DNA of 63,796 nucleotides, counting the filler, from Octopus bimaculoides (Eukaryota): the NCBI RefSeq assembly GCF_001194135.2. It is 4 parts of 4 records of this genome, joined end to end, with 100 filler letters (N's around TTAATTAATTAA, not from the genome) between each part and the next. Parts side by side here need not be neighbours in the genome. Positions count along the whole stretch, not along the records: positions 45,650 to 61,779 come from NC_068995.1; positions 61,880 to 63,796 come from NW_026424043.1; 2 more parts are not named here. The stretch is one strand, 5' to 3'. The position numbers were made by a program, and so were the translations under genes. Shown piece after piece: positions 61,226-63,796 of the stretch. The notes under the pieces were generated by a model. That model made no database searches. It was not told the DNA's origin and saw only the letters and a program-made list of their open reading frames with translations. Positions within the stretch are counted from its first letter, which is position 1, and every line of letters begins with the position of its first letter.

Positions 61226-61823
61226 TAAATTATAGAATAGTTGAAAGTTATATTTAGTTTTAAAATGTCATTAAACATAGCGGCGTCCATTATAGAAGCT
61301 GTACCTGTAAAACGGGATTATATACGATCGGATCGCAAGCGCCAAGCATGACATTTGACTCTAGTAAAACATTTTGTAAATCACTTGTCGGCGTTCTTCT
61401 CTATTCCCTGTGTTTGTATTGTTTAGCATATCAAAGAAGTAATAAGGTTAATAAATTGAAGCACTTCTTATTCATTTACTTAATTTATATTGATTAAAGT
61501 GTTCTGATTAATTATTGCAAAACTAATAGAATATTAGCTTTAATGAAGGGAAACCCAGCTAATTATTTATTATTCAGGGAAAATAATTTACGGAAAAAAA
61601 AAAAAAATCTCACGAGGGTATAAAACTTATAGAGGGTTATACCGCAAAATGCTTTTATGTAATATCTGCCGACTAATTCTTTTACAGGTACAGTCATTTG
61701 ATTTATTTCGATTTATTTCATCACCATTATTACTGATGTTATTGATTCCATTATCATTATTATTATCGTCCAGAGTTCANNNNNNNNNNNNNNNNNNNNN
61801 NNNNNNNNNNNNNNNNNNNNNNN

Positions 61824-61835
61824 TTAATTAATTAA
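61824..61835. other. Synthetic scaffolding spacer N44-TTAATTAATTAA-N44
   Basis: Same construct as at 24879. Confidence 0.95.
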
Positions 61836-61929
61836 NNNNNNNNNNNNNNNNNNNNNNNNNNNNNNNNNNNNNNNNNNNNTTGTTGTTGTTGTTATTATTA
61901 TTATTATTATTATTATGATTATTATATTT

Positions 61930-62046
61930 AAGGCGGTGAGCTAGCAGAACCGTTAGTACGCTGCACGAAATGCAAAGCTTTATTTTGCCCGTTGCTACGT
62001 TCTGAGTTCAAATTCCGCCGATGTCATCTTTACTTTTAATCCTTTC
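61930..62046 (+). mobile_element. SINE family A, 5' part
   Basis: AAGGCGGTGAGCTAGCAGAACCGTTAG..CGTTCTGAGTTCAAATTCCGCCG. Confidence 0.85.
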
Positions 62047-62097
62047 AAAGACATATATGCACATACATACATAATCCACATCGGCACACTCGTATAT

Positions 62098-62256
62098 ATG
62101 ACGGGCTTCCGAATAGTTTTTTTCCACTGTATTAACTAAAAAAGCATTGGTCGGTCCGGCGTTACAGAAGAAAACATTTATATAAAGTGGTGCGAAGTGA
62201 GAGTGAACCGGAAATCACGTGGTTGCGAATCGAAGTGGATATCCACTCAGCCATAC
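62098..62256 (-). mobile_element. SINE family B, 5' half, decayed
   Basis: GACGGGCTT..AAAGCATTGGTCGGTCCG..TGAACCGGAAATCACGTGGTTG..CACTCAGCCA. Confidence 0.6.
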
Positions 62257-62339
62257 ATGTAAGTACACGTATATGTGTGATTATGTTTATGTATGTATGT
62301 GTGAATGTGTGTGTGTGTATGTGTGTGTGCGTGTCTTTA

Positions 62340-62560
62340 TGTTTGTATTTGCCCCTCACCAACACTTGACAACCAGTGTTAGTTTCTTTTAGTCCGTCCT
62401 TGTAACATTATCGGTTCGGCAATGAGATCGATGGAATAAATACCAGGCGAAAAAAACAAAAAAAAAAAACGAAAAAAGTACTGAGGTCAATTTGTTTGAC
62501 TACAACCTCTAAGGCGAACCCCGGCATGACCACTTCTAATGACAAAAACAAGCGAAAGGG
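62340..62560 (+). mobile_element. SINE family B, 3' half, decayed
   Basis: CACTTGACAACCAGTG..CGGTTCGGCAATGAGATCGATGGAATAAATACCAGGC..GGTCAATTTGTTTGACTA. Confidence 0.75.
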
Positions 62561-62582
62561 AGGATAAACAGATATATATATA

Positions 62583-62670
62583 TCTTTTACTCTTTTACTT
62601 GTTTCAGTCTTTTGACTGTGGCCATGCTGGAGCGCCGCCTTTAGTCGAGCAAATCGACCCCAGGACTTAT
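62583..62670 (-). mobile_element. SINE family B, 3' tail, young, cut by a gap
   Basis: TCTTTTACTCTTTTACTTGTTTCAGTC..GGCCATGCTGGAGCGCCGCCTTTAGTCGAGCAAATCGACCCCAGG. Confidence 0.92.
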
Positions 62671-63362
62671 NNNNNNNNNNNNNNNNNNNNNNNNNNNNNN
62701 NNNNNNNNNNNNNNNNNNNNNNNNNNNNNNNNNNNNNNNNNNNNNNNNNNNNNNNNNNNNNNNNNNNNNNNNNNNNNNNNNNNNNNNNNNNNNNNNNNNN
62801 NNNNNNNNNNNNNNNNNNNNNNNNNNNNNNNNNNNNNNNNNNNNNNNNNNNNNNNNNNNNNNNNNNNNNNNNNNNNNNNNNNNNNNNNNNNNNNNNNNNN
62901 NNNNNNNNNNNNNNNNNNNNNNNNNNNNNNNNNNNNNNNNNNNNNNNNNNNNNNNNNNNNNNNNNNNNNNNNNNNNNNNNNNNNNNNNNNNNNNNNNNNN
63001 NNNNNNNNNNNNNNNNNNNNNNNNNNNNNNNNNNNNNNNNNNNNNNNNNNNNNNNNNNNNNNNNNNNNNNNNNNNNNNNNNNNNNNNNNNNNNNNNNNNN
63101 NNNNNNNNNNNNNNNNNNNNNNNNNNNNNNNNNNNNNNNNNNNNNNNNNNNNNNNNNNNNNNNNNNNNNNNNNNNNNNNNNNNNNNNNNNNNNNNNNNNN
63201 NNNNNNNNNNNNNNNNNNNNNNNNNNNNNNNNNNNNNNNNNNNNNNNNNNNNNNNNNNNNNNNNNNNNNNNNNNNNNNNNNNNNNNNNNNNATATATATA
63301 TATGTATGTATACACTCCCACACACCCCACACATACACACACGTATAAAGAAAGAAGGAAAG

Positions 63363-63393
<31 letters not shown>

Positions 63394-63760
63394 TTGGATA
63401 GTGATAAAGTAGATAATGCTATAGATCAGTAAATAGATACATACGTTATAGAGATATATTCAATAGATTACAGGCAGACGATATAAATTATGAAGCAGCG
63501 TTGTAAAACATATTTCTTAAGGAAGTGAGAGACAGTGAAATAGACGAAGAAAAGTTGGAAGCGAGTGTGAAGCATACTTAGTCTAGAGTGGAAATTACTC
63601 GTGACAGGGAGCCAAAGGAAGAGTACTCCACAGAGAAAGGGTAAAGGAGAAATATATATGTGTGTGTGTGTATATATATATATATCACTTCTCCTCACCC
63701 TGTCTTTCTCAGTGTGTTTGCGAAGGGACAGAGAGGAAGAGAGAAGGAGAGAAGGAGAGA

Positions 63761-63796
<36 letters not shown>

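Larger units (their letters stand above)
1..63796. other. Draft-assembly eukaryotic non-coding region (probably octopus) with ~26 N gaps (~11 kb)
   Basis: N runs include 9752-10633, 32844-33785, 35477-36454 and 52466-53382. Most gaps begin or end in (TA)n or (CA)n. No ORF outside TE relics has recognisable homology. Confidence 0.8.

Noticed and set aside
1-63796. A novel multi-gene or prokaryote-type system (defence island, retron, CRISPR)
   Set aside because: There are no operon-like ORFs. All RT and nuclease motifs belong to decayed eukaryotic transposable elements.

Overview
This is AT-rich, microsatellite-saturated eukaryotic DNA. About 11 kb (~17%, hand count) is N, in ~26 gaps. The repeat repertoire looks like a coleoid cephalopod, most likely Octopus (inference from the tRNA-SINE families and the TA/CA/AAT microsatellite load; not searched). 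I found no intact protein-coding gene, tRNA, rRNA or CRISPR array. The long ORFs in the track are read-through of N runs or microsatellites. The window is intergenic or deep-intronic. It contains about 25 SINE copies or fragments of three tRNA-derived families, four decayed R4/Dong-clade non-LTR retrotransposon pieces, a CR1-type 3' end, an RTE-type 3' end, a Gypsy-like 3' LTR with its PPT, four Tc1/mariner relics and a hAT/Charlie element with a perfect 8-bp TSD. The best leads are five. (1) Minimal hammerhead-ribozyme-like folds sit in Penelope-type terminal repeats, two of them in tail-to-tail fold-backs around (TA)n. (2) One mariner is built from two 5' ends. (3) Dong-like elements are stacked in (TAA)n tracts. 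(4) A CR1-type LINE 3' tail is shared with the commonest long SINE. (5) Six TAATCC (K50 homeodomain) sites lie in a decayed tandem repeat. All family names come from recalled motifs and need database confirmation. I cannot show that any of this is a new system.
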